Positions 40,912-53,286 are shown, counted from the first letter of the stretch. The stretch: 64,000 nt of DNA from Octopus vulgaris (GCA_951406725.2 OX597814.1:88536001-88600000); one strand, 5' to 3'. Numbers and translations: made by a program. The notes: a model not told the origin generated them from the letters alone.

Positions 40912-41200
40912 CTCAGGGTTACAAGCTTTTCGACCCTTAGCTTGTACGTCTCATCTGAGTAGAGAGGCAAGGAATGAACCAGACTTCGCCTTGCCGAAGG
41001 CTTCCACTCGCGATCTCTTCTCAATTACAGCCAACCTGAACTGTTTCAGCCGCCATGCTTATCTCCTTAGTAGCTTTCTCCTGTTGTCTGAATTCTAGAC
41101 CAATCTTCTGCAGGAAATAGCGCAGCCGGCTTCGATGGGGAATGAGGCCATATGCTATCCCTTGACAAGGGTTTCACTGACCAAGTCGCGGTCGCTTGTA
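40912..41200 (-). mobile_element. 3' end of a HERO-like (RLE) non-LTR retrotransposon
   Basis: Manual translation across frameshifts: DLVSETLVKG*...FPIEAGC, then YFLQKIGL..RQQEKATKEISMAAET, then SGWL*LRRDREW. The end abuts (TG)n. Confidence 0.7.
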
Positions 41201-41534
41201 CTGCAAGAAACTGAAGCCAGATTCCCTCGAATCTCTTCCTATCGTCTTAAAACAGGAAAAATAGAATGGACATCGTGGTCTAAGATATGCAAAAAGGTGG
41301 AATGGTCAAGGCAGGAATATTATAGATCATAGCCATGCTCTGGATTTAAACATCTAAGATAACAACAACAGCAACAACATCGGTAATGTCTCCTGACTCT
41401 TGGCTACTTCAGCCAACAAAGAAGCCTCTATGTGGTTACTCCACCTTTTAGAAATAGCAGCAAATCACAATTTACTACCTTAAATATGGAAGTGCACACT
41501 GATTAATATGGTTAGTCCACATTACTCGGTAAGG

Positions 41535-41756
41535 AGCATAGGACCGGGTTCCCGGTTTCTCTGGCGAATATATTCCTCCCTGGACTGGATGCTGGTCTGT
41601 CGCAGAATTACCATTTTCTCCAGCTAAGTGGACTAGGGCAACGTAAAATGAAGTGTTTTGCTGAAGAACTCAACTTATCACCCGGTCCAGGAATCGAAAC
41701 TATAATCTTTCGATCATGAGTCCAATACCCTAACCAACTGAGCCATGCACCTCCCA
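41535..41756 (-). mobile_element. SINE family D
   Basis: Homologous to 63473-63734, with a tRNA-like head. Confidence 0.8.
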
Positions 41757-42315
41757 CACTGGCTATCATTGATCAAGGCTGACCTTGAACTAAACAACAA
41801 AAACAATGGTTCCTTTGTCTTAGCACTGATAGCAGCGACAGACTACCAAATGGGTATCAACAGTAAAGTGTCTGAAAAAAAAAGCTTAGTTTTATGTTCT
41901 TAGCGAGAATATCAACGAGATTAACTTGTTTTCATAACCTCCAGCATCGTTAAAATTTAAGTACCATCTGTATGCTATATATCCCTTCCGTAAGGTGTGA
42001 CTTAGTGCGTTTAATTTCCTCTTCCTTTCTACCATAAGTACAAATACAACAAAAGTGACCCAGGTTGTGTTCGAACTTCAGAGCGCAGAGCTCCGGTAAT
42101 AAATACCGCAGCATATTCTCTCTGACACTTTAACGACTCTGCCAATTGACTGCCTCCAAGCAATAGTATCTCAGGCACCTGTGTAATCCTCTATATCTTT
42201 CGACGAGCCTACGGAGGGATTCTGCTAAGAATAGTTGCTAAATCTCACACTAAAATCACGCATTAAATAAGGAATGCATTTGATTATAGATCTGCTCACA
42301 ATAACAGCAACAACA

Positions 42316-42812
42316 GTGGAGGCGCAATGGCCCCGTGGTTTGGGCAGCGGACTCGCGGTCGTAAGAGCGCGGTTTCGATTCCCAGGCCGGGCATTGTGAG
42401 TGTTTGTTGAGCAAAAGCACCTAAGCTCCACGAGGCTCTGGCGGGGGTTGGGTGGTGAACCCTGCTGTACTCTTTCACCATAACTTTCTCTCACTCTTTC
42501 TTCCTACTTCTGCCACAAAGCAGAGGAACCATGGTGTAACCCACTATGGTGTGGTAAACTTTTCAGACCTTAGTCTAGATTGCGAATCCTCTGTACCCCA
42601 GGATGGTTCAGCTCTCTACCCGTTAAAAGCCACCGTTTACGGAATGAGGATAACAACGTAGCTTTCGCGCCCGTGCAACCGCCAGTCTATCGCGTGTAGT
42701 GGGTGGATCATCAAGTTGCCACACACATTCTTAGTAGCTTAGAGTAGGCTCGAATGAGAGATTATTCTTTGTGGCTAATGGCGTGAGTTCTGATTGGAAG
42801 AAGAAGAAGACA
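42316..42812 (+). mobile_element. SINE family C head joined to a different body ending in (GAA)n
   Basis: The first ~190 bp match the 23136-22945 head. The remainder is unrelated to the 22753 copy. Confidence 0.65.
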
Positions 42813-44146
42813 ACAACAACAACAAATAAGACATTAAATAATGTAACCCTTCATGATCCTAGAAATGTATACATTTGACCATAGGTTCAATTCGATCATG
42901 TTTGACCTAGAGGTAAATAATAATAATAGCAGCAATTGCATCAACAACAACAACAACAATAGCAGCAGCAGCGACAAGAACAATTACACTTGTTCTCGAC
43001 TAAAGTGTGGCCTTGTATTAGTTATTCTGACAAATCATCGTTGTTAATGTACGCATTTGCGTGAAACGTGTGTGCTATAGTGTTTGGCTATTCAACATAC
43101 AATTTTTCCTGAGCATAGTTTTCTATGAATATCAATTCATCTTCTTGCGTGGCCTATGACCTTTACACACGACTTCTCTTACCTTTTGTAAATAAACTTT
43201 GCTATTGGTGAATAACATTATATATTATCTAACCGTCTCGTGCTTGAACTAACCTTAGGTCTCCTAGCTGCTGGCTCGGCTTTCAATTCTTTCTTGCGAC
43301 ATTCTAACCACTTGTCTGTAATATCAGAGCTGTGACTTCTGAATCTGAGTTATGGGCCCTGTCGAGTAACGTTTCCAGAGATCCTCCAGAGATCCATTTC
43401 TGCCGCGAGCGTACTCATTTGGTCATAACCCAACATTTATAAACATTGGTGAAGGTGAGGATAGGCACGGAAACCAAATTGAAGATAAAGTTTTCCGGGG
43501 AAGCTAAAAGTAAAGCCAACTGGTGTGGGTTTTGGACACAGGACGTAAAGAGGAGAGAAAAAACAGCAGTGACGTTGTCTTGTATTGTGCTCTCACGTTT
43601 ACTCCAATAACCCCACAGAAATTAATATTACATTGCTTTTATCTTTCGAGAAAATAAAATGTTGAAGATAACAAATGAGGTTTCTTTGCACATTCATAAT
43701 AATGTATTAACTTGTAATTTAATTTCTATATAATTACTGTCTTGTTGAGTAATAATGAAAAGAAATATAGCCTCTCAGTGAATTGATAACATGTATCTGA
43801 TGTCAGATTACGTAAGTAAGGCATTGAATACTACTTTATCTATGAAACACTCGCTCATTCTCTAGCATTTAAAACAGGTGTCAATGAAAGGGGGAAAATG
43901 TTTTAATCTCATGACGCAGTTTTTTTAAAAAATGGAGCAGAGCTTTTATCTTTTATTTTTTTCTTGTTTTAGTCATTGGACGGCGGCCACGCTGGGGCAC
44001 CGACTTAACTCACGAAGCGTTGGTCGGTCCGGGACTATACCGGACGCCACTTACCTGAGATACTGCACAGGAGGACTGAACCCGAAATTACGTGGTTGCT
44101 TACTAACCGCACACATGCGCCTGATAAAGAATATATATATATATAT

Positions 44147-44950
44147 CACTTTGACCGACCAGTCCGTCAGGCGTCCATTTGACACCGCTGGTCACAGCAC
44201 GCTGTCCACTCCTCTCTGGAACGCGCCTTTCTCATCCACGTGATCCCAATCGTCCTCTTGAAATCGTCACTCCACCGTCGTGGAGGTCTTCCGGGTGGTC
44301 TTTTCCGCTCACGCGGGTACCACTCGACAACTGCGTGCGTCCACCGATTATCGGTGAGCCGGGCGACGTGTCCAGCCCATCTATACTTGCTGCGAGTATA
44401 CTCTGCGATGACATCTCTCACGCCGGACTTCTTTCTGATGATCTTGCTATTTATGTGCTCTCTCAACGAGATACCAAGCATTGACCTTTCCATGGCTCTT
44501 TGAGCCGTTATCAGTCTTTGCTCTTCTCTCTTTGTGGTAGCCCATGTTTCACTACCATATAACATTGCAGGCAGAACTGCACTGTTAATGAGGTTAGCGC
44601 GGGTGGTCCTGTCCAACCTTCCCTTGAGCACATCCCTTATGCCATTGAACGCCTTCCATCCGGCCCTTACTCTCCGTGAGATCTCCTTTTTGATATCCCG
44701 GCACATATTTACTTTCTATCCCAGGTAGACATATTCTCTCACCTCCTCTATTTCATCACTGCCGATCACCATTCGACCTGTTGGTACGTTGTCTGACCGC
44801 ATGAACTTTGTTTTCATGCGGTTCATCTTGAGACCTACTGCAGAACTTTTGATGTCGAGCTCCGTCAGCATGGTCTGAAGCCGATCCATGTTTTCAGCGA
44901 TGAGTACGATGTCGTCAGCGAAACGGAGGTGAGTGAGGAGCTCGCCATTG
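44147..44950 (-). mobile_element. 5'-truncated, relatively young RTE-clade LINE (RT C-terminal half)
   Basis: NGELLTHLRFADDIVLI...GLKMN..KTK...YVYLG*...VLPAMLYGSETW...WAGHVAR..DNRW...GRPPRRWSD. Only one in-frame stop (~44716), and GC-richer than its flanks. Confidence 0.93.
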
Positions 44951-44963
44951 AGCTCGCCACTGA

Positions 44964-45121
44964 GTTTATGTCCCCGTCACTTAGCGGTTCGGCAAAAAAG
45001 AGACCGATAGAATAAGTACTGGGCTTACAAAGAATAAGTCCCGGGGTCGATTTGATCAACTAAAAGCGGTGCTCCAGCATGGCCACAGTCAAATGACTGA
45101 AACAAGTAAAAGAGTAAAAGA

Positions 45122-45123
<2 letters not shown>
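44964..45123 (+). mobile_element. 3' half of SINE family A
   Basis: Matches about 54884-55041 and ends in (TA)n. Confidence 0.9.
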
Positions 45124-45172
<49 letters not shown>

Positions 45173-45901
45173 TTGATTTGATTTGATTTTTCCAGTTTCA
45201 GCTTATGAGCTGTGGCCATGCTGGGGCACCGCCTAATAATAATAATGGTTTCAAATTTTGCCACAAGACCAGCAATTTTCTGGGGGAGGGATGAGTCGAT
45301 CACATTGACTCCAGTGTTCATCTAGTACTTATTTTATCGACCCCAAAAGGATGAAAAGCAAACTCAACCTCAGCGGAATTTGAACTCAGAACGGAGCGAT
45401 GAAGGAAATGCATTTCGCCCAGCGTATAAAGATTCAGCCTACTCGCAACAGTTACTGAAAGAAAGCAATTATTAATGGCTTTACCGTCTGGAAATTTCTT
45501 TATAAATCTATGTTCCAAGAAATTTCCTGTAATTTCGATTTCTGAAGTTTATTGAATATCTGAATTACAAATTTTTCACAAATTTAAATATTCGTTACAT
45601 TCACTGCGGAGTATATTTTAATGTTTGATGTTCATTTGCAACAGACTCTCTCTCTCTCTCTCTCTCTCTCGTCAGTATTTTTATTAATGGTTATTTAATA
45701 TATATAAATTTCAAGTTTTTTTTCTATTTGAAAAACCCACAGTTTATTCTGTATACGTAACGTAAAAAAATATTTATTGTATGAATGAATGTTATTAAAC
45801 AAAATAGCTGTATAACTTTGAGGCTTATGATGCGAGGCACAATTTCAAGAATATTGGTTTCTGGAGTTTGTTAAATAAATATTTTTGATGTTACCAACAT
45901 A

Positions 45902-46326
45902 ATATGGCAGTCCCAGGAAAGGAAGAATGTTACAGCTATTTAGCCCTAAGAAACACCGTTTCTAGTTGGCTACGCGACACAAGTGTTCTGTGTCCTTAAG
46001 CTTTCAAACAAGGGAGATAAGCACATCCATCCAGCAAAGCCAGCACCCAGAGACTAGTTTCAGGGTAATTGCTTTTCATCAGTCTGGAGTGGCTTGCAGT
46101 AACAGCACGATAAAGTGACATCGAGCAAGGCCAAGCTACTCCAGACTGATGAAGAGCAAATACCCTGAAACTAGTCTCTGAGTGCTGGCTTTGTTGGGTA
46201 GAGGTGCTTATCTCCCCTGTTTGAAAGCTTAAGGACAGAGAACGCTTGTGTGGCGTAACCAACAAGAAACGGTGTTTCTTGGGGCTAAATAACAGTAACA
46301 TTCTTCCCTTTCCAGGGACTACATAT
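45902..46326. repeat. Imperfect ~195-bp inverted repeat (older fold-back Penelope-like pLTR pair)
   Basis: Arms 45902-46096 and 46132-46326 with a 35-bp spacer and roughly one mismatch per ten bases. Shares ATATGGCAGTC, AACAGGGGAG and TTTCAGGGTA.TTGC motifs with 26583-27003. Confidence 0.92.
46138..46183 (+). ncRNA. Minimal type I hammerhead ribozyme, with a more decayed mirror copy on the - strand at ~46045-46090
   Basis: ACTCCAGA-CTGATGA(46146-46152)-AGAG(CAAATA)CCCT-GAAA-CTAGTC-TCTGAGT, with predicted GUC cleavage after 46176. Confidence 0.8.
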
Positions 46327-46614
46327 AGACGCAAATGGAAAACAAAACAAACAACACAAAGAACGACCCCTCATCAGTTGTTGGCTGTTTTTCTAGTCTC
46401 GTATTTCGAGTATTTAACAACAATATACGCTTTCGATAAAACAGTTGCTCACTCAAAGCAAATTAAATAAAATTTGGGATTTTGCGGAGGGTCAAAATAG
46501 GTAACACAAGCAGGACAGTGAAAAAAAAAATGGTACGCATTTAAACGATCTAAGGTCTATTTTTCAGCATATTGGCACAGAAAATTTCTTTTACCCTTAT
46601 TTATAATTTTTTTG

Positions 46615-46649
<35 letters not shown>

Positions 46650-48069
46650 TTTAAGTAACAATAAACTACAAAGTAGACGCTAAGTAGGGCATGGAAAACG
46701 TTTAGCTTAGAAGAAGCCAATAGAAAATGTGAAAAGACAAAATAAAATGAAAGCGGATTTCAAAAAGGTACTAAAGAAAAACAACAATGGAAGATTTTTT
46801 TTTATTCAATACCACTCGTCATAGACACAGCATGCTGATATGAATATAAAAATGTCAATAATGACTTCTATGATCTAGCATAAAGTTGAAAACGGAAGGT
46901 CTGAGTGCAACTGACCCTTGTTCACCATTATTGATGAAATAAGAAATTTAAAAAAAACTGATAAATGAATTCATTTATTTATTTACTAAATAAAAGGTAC
47001 AAGCGTGACTTGTGTTGTAATACACTTCAGTGCCACTGTGTAGCACCACCCGAGGAAAGTATCTTCCACTATGGCTACGGGCCGAGTGGATTTAGTAGAC
47101 GAAGACTGAAAGAAGCCATGCTTCTATTGATTCTCAGGCAGCGTTTATGCTTTTAACGCTGTTGATACCGCCCGTTTGAATGGTACTTCTAGGTGTCGAA
47201 ACCACTGTGATATCTGTAAGGTAACTGAAGATGGGAATGCTTTTCGATATACTTGTTTGTGAATCTTTATATCTTGGGGTCTCATTATTCTGAGTTGTCC
47301 TTTATTCTCATAGGGTTGAATATGTTTTGGGGTTCATAGCGTTTAGTGAATACATATATTGATATCGCTTGATTGACTTTAAGGATAATTTTATTTCGCT
47401 AGGATAATACTTAATTTATGGTTTCTAATTTTAGGAGGTTCTATGGTGTGTATGTATGTGTGTGAGGGTATGTGTGCGCGCGCAAGCGTAATGCGTACGT
47501 GTGTATGTTTGTCATTATCACCGCTTGTCAACCGGTATTGGTTTGTTTACGTCCCTGTAACTGCGCCGTTCGGAAAAGAAAAAAACGAAAAAGAAAACCG
47601 ACAGAAATAGAACCAGGCTTTAAAATAAGTACTGGAATCGATTTGTTCAGTTAGATCCATTAAGGTAGTACTAAATCAAATAAAAGAAACGATGAGAGAA
47701 AATATCAGCTGCTGACTGTGACTATGGAATCAAAAATAAAGGAACATTGGTTTACATCATTTCCACCAACGTAGTCTTCGAGAAGACACAGTATATCCAT
47801 AAACATTAGGTATATAATTACATTCACTGGGCACCAACTTCTTCATGAAAACTAGAAATAAAGCATATAAGCACTCACGGAATAGGAATATGACATGGGT
47901 ACAATATGCCAAAATATGCTTTATGGCTGGGTATAAAATGTTTTGTCATAGACGTTTTGGCGCTACTGATTCGACTGATTTATTTGACGTTAACTGTTTT
48001 GTTTCTCTTGTTCTCTTCATCCTCTCTCTCCCCCTTTTCTTTCTTTCTTCTCTTCTTCCTTTCTTTTTC

Positions 48070-48101
<32 letters not shown>

Positions 48102-48669
48102 TCCTTCCTTCCTTCTTTCCTTCCTGCTCTCTCTCTCTCTCTCTCCCTCTCTGTGAGTATATTTCTCTTTATGTGTATGAGGAGGGGGAGAATATTTATG
48201 TCAATCGTGTTCATTTAATAAATTTTAATGTTTCTCTCTTCTCCTCACTCTCTCTCACTCACTCTTTGTATCTGTATGCTTATATTTCTTAGCGATCGTT
48301 CAGGTATGAATGTGTGTTTGCCTCCAGCGCCAAAAGGTACCATCGCCCAGACCGGCTGAATGTTCAGCTAACTGTGGTGAATCGTCAGCACCCAAACAGT
48401 TTTGCACAATCGTTTTATTCCTTCTCTGACAGGTATATCAACCTCTAGTAGAAGAGAGAAAATTTCTTGTAATACAAGAACAGCGAAACTGAAACATGGG
48501 AGATGAAGATTTATACTAAAAATTTAAATAAACATGATATATATGATAATAACGTGAACATTGACCTCACAATTTGACATACATCCCAGGAAAATAGCTC
48601 TACTATTTATGACAGACGTAACACATGTTACACAGCACATGCTATATAATCATAAAACAAGATTAACTC

Positions 48670-49408
48670 TAAAATATCGATTTCAAATTTTGGCGATTAC
48701 AACAACCCCAGTGCGTAACTGGTACTTATTTTATCGACTCTGAAAGGATGTAAGGCAAAGTCGACCTCTAAGGAATTTTAACTCAGAATATAAAGTCAGA
48801 AGAAATACCTATTTCTTTACTACCCACAAGGGGCTAAACACAGAGGGGGCAAACAAGGACAGATAAAGGGATTAAGTCGATTATATCGACCCCAGTGCGT
48901 AACTGGTACTTATTTTATCGACTCCGAAAGGATGAAAGGCAAAGTCGACCTCGGCGGAATTTGAACTCAGAACGTAGCGGCAGACGAAATGCCTATTTCT
49001 TTACTACTCATAAGGAGCTAAACATAGAGGGGACAAACTAGGACAGACAAACGGATTAAGTCGATTAGATCGACCCCAGGGCGTAAGTGATACTTAATTC
49101 ATCAACCCCGAAAAGATGAAAGGCAAAGTCGACCTCGGCAGAAATTAAATCCAGAACGTAGCGGCAGACGAAATACCTATTTCTTTACTACCCACAAGGG
49201 TCTAAACACAGAGAGGACAAACAAGGACAGACAAACAGATTAAGTCGATTATATCGACCCCAGTGCGTAACTGGTACTTATTTAATCGACTCCGAAAGGA
49301 TGAAAGGCAAAGTCGACCTCGGCGGAATTTGGACTCAGAACGTAGCGGCAGACGAAATACCGCTAGGCATTTCGCCCGGCGTGCAAACGTTTCTGCCAGC
49401 TCGCCGCC
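48670..49408 (-). mobile_element. SINE family B tetramer with an exact 184-bp period
   Basis: Junctions at 48808, 48992 and 49176 and the head boundary at 49360. Confidence 0.92.
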
Positions 49409-50657
49409 TTCAGAATAACTCTAAACAATCACAAAAAATAAACCCCGTAATACAGCAAATTAGAAGTAAATCCTACATCTGTAAAATACTTCACTTATCT
49501 CGGGAACATAGAGCTGCAACCTTTCTCTTTCAGAGGTCGTTAACACGCAATACTTTCGCTACTTCTATGAACAAAGACGTTGAAATTATCTATCAATAGA
49601 AATGAGAACTTAAATAGCTTCCAGGAATAGAAAGGAGACGATCGTTATTCATATCAAGGACATTATTATATCGTATTTGCATTACACGAAAAAAACAATA
49701 CACAATCAAAGTTTTTATTAATGCTTTCTCACGCCAAGCAAATAAACATAAAACAGTCGAAGATGTTTCTAATGACCAATGTTCTTGTTTTCAGGGTTTG
49801 AAATTTATCCAGCACTGGTCAGTTTCTGACACTTCACAAAGCTGAAGTGCGGCTGGTACTGCTGATAAAATACACACACACACACACCCTCCTAAACTGC
49901 AGCAAGAATTAAATCCATTTGATGAACATAGATTCAGTAACCAAAATAGATGGCAACTGACAAACTCAGAATATTTGGCAGCTTTCATTGTGATTCTCGG
50001 CGCTCTGAGTTCAAATCTTATCGAGGTCAAGTTTGCCTTCCAATCCATTAGGGTCGGTAAAGACAGTAACAATCTAGTACTATGATCGATTTCTCTGTTT
50101 GGCTGTCTGTCTGTCTGTCTCTCTTTCATCCATTTCCCTCTTCTCTCTCTCTCTCGATTTCCCCCTCTCTCTCTCTCATTCTCTAGAATAATATTTAAAT
50201 GCTTCAGACTTCCATCGTAGGTACACGACGATGCCCCAAGACAGAGTAACTCATCTTGAACGCTATAAACACCCTTCTGCGTCCATTCTGCCTCTTCTAT
50301 AAGTATTTCTCTGAATTTACAAGCTGAATACCACCGGCACCATATTCATCCGCTCCATCGTTTCTCCCCCCTTTTCGTCGTCATCTCTACGGCGTTTCAA
50401 TCAATCCTAAAACCGGCGGCACTAAACACTCTACTCAAACATTGCTTTCTAGATCTTGAATGCTCTCTCCAGGCCCACGTTGCTTTTGAAGACGTGAAAT
50501 CAAACAACAATCCAACTCACCAACCTAAGTAAATAAATAAAAGAAATAAAAGAAAGGAAGAAAAAAGAAAGAAAGAAGGAAAGAAAGAGAGAAAGAAAGA
50601 AAGAAAAGGAAAGAAAGAAAACTTCTCGATTCAATTGTGCTTCAATTCATCTTGTAG

Positions 50658-50705
50658 ATTTACCCTACAATAGAAGCTAACTGCACAGACCTGCTCTGCT
50701 TTCAG
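50658..50705 (+). other. Candidate 48-nt host exon
   Basis: TTCAATTCATCTTGTAG| acceptor and CAG|GTAAGC donor in non-repetitive sequence. Frame 0 is open (IYPTIEANCTDLLCFQ), with no recognisable homology. Confidence 0.25.
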
Positions 50706-51202
50706 GTAAGCCGTAGTAAGAGAAAAGAGAATGGAGATCAGACAAGCTGTCAGTAATAAAATGCGCGCGGGCGCGTGTGTTTATGCGTGTGTTAAAAAAG
50801 TTAAGGCGAGGCACGAGGTCTCAATAGAAAGGAGAGGGGAGATCAGGTAGGTTACATTAGCTGTGATTACTAACTAACTGTCCCAGTATAGCGTGGGTTA
50901 CGAATAAAGAAGAAATACGTACCGAATCATGTATAAATACATATTTAGTGTCGCTGTGAAATTAAAGACTAATAAATGTTTTATGAAGCTCTATGGGTAC
51001 GTGGTTGGTGGTGGCTATGCTAGTCTTAAAAAGCAAACAAACCAGCAATGACGAGGGCAATGGCGATGATGACGTCAGTGACAATAACAACAAGACAACG
51101 TGGGCGCCTGCCTATAACGTGGTTCTTCGAAATGCTAGAAACAACAGTCAAAATCATCCTCAAACTACATTCGGTCGTCTTAAAATCAAGATACATTGAA
51201 CA

Positions 51203-51535
51203 GCGTGGCTGTGTGGTAAGTAGCTTGCTGCTTCCCAGCCATTTGGTCTTACGTTCAATCTCACTACGCGGCACTTTAGACGAGTGTCTTCCGCTATAGT
51301 CCCTGGCCGACCAAAGCCGCGCGTGTGATTGTTCCCCACGACCATTTGACAACTGGTGTTGGTTTGTTTGCATCTCTGTAACTTGTTTGTAAAAAAAAAA
51401 GAAGTCCGATAGAATAAATACCAGGCTTTAAAAGTAAGTATTGGGTCAATTTGTTTGATGAAATCCCTTAAGGCAGTTTCCTCAGCATGGCCGCAGTCAA
51501 AAGACTGAAACAAGTAAAAACTGAAGAGATAAAAG
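51203..51535 (+). mobile_element. SINE family A, internally deleted
   Basis: Head GTGGCTGTGTGGTAAGTAGCTTGCT and tail CAGCATGGCCGCAGTC..GACTGAAACAAGTAAAA. Confidence 0.8.
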
Positions 51536-51611
51536 AATAGTAGAGACTCTGATACAGAAACTAGACGGAATAGTGACGTTGGAACGCCATGATTATTGTT
51601 CTCTCGGCTGA

Positions 51612-52715
51612 AGGCAGCGAGCCGGCAGAATCCTTAGCACATCACAGAAAATGCTTAGTGGCATTTCGTCTGTCTTTACACCCTGAATCCAAATTCCGCC
51701 GAGCTCAACTTTGTTTTTTATCCTTTCGGAGTCGATAAAATAAGGACCATTTGCGCACTGGTGTTGGCGTGTTCGACCATTCCCCACCCCTCAAAATTTC
51801 AGACTTTGTGCCTATAGTAGAAAGCGTTATTAAGGTGACAAGCTGGCAGAATCGTTAGCACACCAGGCGAAAAGCGTAGCAGTATTTCGTCCGTCTTTAC
51901 GCGCTGAGTTCAAATTCCACCGAGTTCGATTTTGCCGTTCATCCTTTCGGGGGAGGGGGGATTCGATAAATTAAGTACCAGTTGAGTACTGGGATCGATG
52001 TAATCGACTATCCTCCTCCCTCAAATTTCAGGTCTTGTGCCTTTGTAGAAAGGATTATTATTAAGGCGGCGTGCTGGCAGAAACGTTAGCACGCCGGGTG
52101 AAATGCTTAGTGGTATTTCGTCTGCCGCTACGTTCTGAGTTCAAATTCCCCTTGTGGGCAGTAAAGAAATAGGTATTTCGACTGTCTTTACGTCCTGAGT
52201 TCGACTTTGCCTTTCATCCTTTCGGGGAGGATATATTACGTATCAGTTGAATACTGGGGTAGATGTAATCGAATATCCCCTTCCTTACAAGTTCCAGGCC
52301 TTATGCCTATAGTAGAAAGGATTCCGGGCAAAATGCTTAGCTGTATTTCGTCTGTCTTCTCGTTCTGAGTTCAAATTCCGCCGAAGTCGACTTTGCCTTT
52401 CATCCTTTCGGTTGAACACAGAGGTCGATCTAATCGATTTAGCCCCTTTCTTGCTGGCCTTGTGCCAAAATTTGAAATCATCATTCTTATTATTCTTATT
52501 CCTCTTATTATTATCGAGGTGGCGGACCGGCAGAATTGTTAGCACGCCGGACAAAATGCTTAGCGATATTTCGCCCGTCTTTACACTCCAAGTTAAAGCG
52601 CCGCTGAGGTCTCTACTTCGTCTTTCATCCTTTCTGGGTCGGTGAAATAAGTACCAGTCGATGCACTCGGCTGTTCCTCTTCCCCAAAATTTCAAGCCTT
52701 ATGCCTACAGAAAGT
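51612..52715 (+). mobile_element. Cluster of about six co-oriented SINE family B copies
   Basis: Repeated head and core motifs, including the precise junction AAATAG|GTATTTCG at 52172/52173. Confidence 0.88.
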
Positions 52716-53069
52716 GGAAAGGGTTATAATTCCCTGGTTTCATAAGTGACTTGGGGTTAAACATCAATAGCAATAACACGATAAAGAACTCAATTACAAC
52801 AACAACAACAACAACGATACCAACTACACTGGTTTAAATTATTGAAAGTCACGATCAGCACACTTCACACTTATCAAAATTACATGTTTAGATTTCATTG
52901 AAAATACTCGCCTCTTAACTTTTATTTCTATTCTTTTAGCTTCGCTACGTAATTTGTTATCGGATAGAAACATGTTGTCAGGAAACAGTAAACAGTTATG
53001 ACGTCATTTCTCATCCCATGATTATTCTTCTACAAGGACAATACTTTATTTATTCATATACTTTGTGAA

Positions 53070-53104
53070 TTGTTCTATCTATCTACCTTTATATCTTCTA
53101 TCTA

Positions 53105-53135
<31 letters not shown>

Positions 53136-53211
53136 ATCCATCCATATATCTATCCATCCATCCATCAATCTATATATCTATCTATCTATCCATCCATCCA
53201 TCCATCCATCC

Positions 53212-53286
<75 letters not shown>

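Noticed and set aside
48670-49408. CRISPR-like array
   Set aside because: The whole 184-bp units are homologous, there are no unique spacers or cas genes, and the context is eukaryotic.
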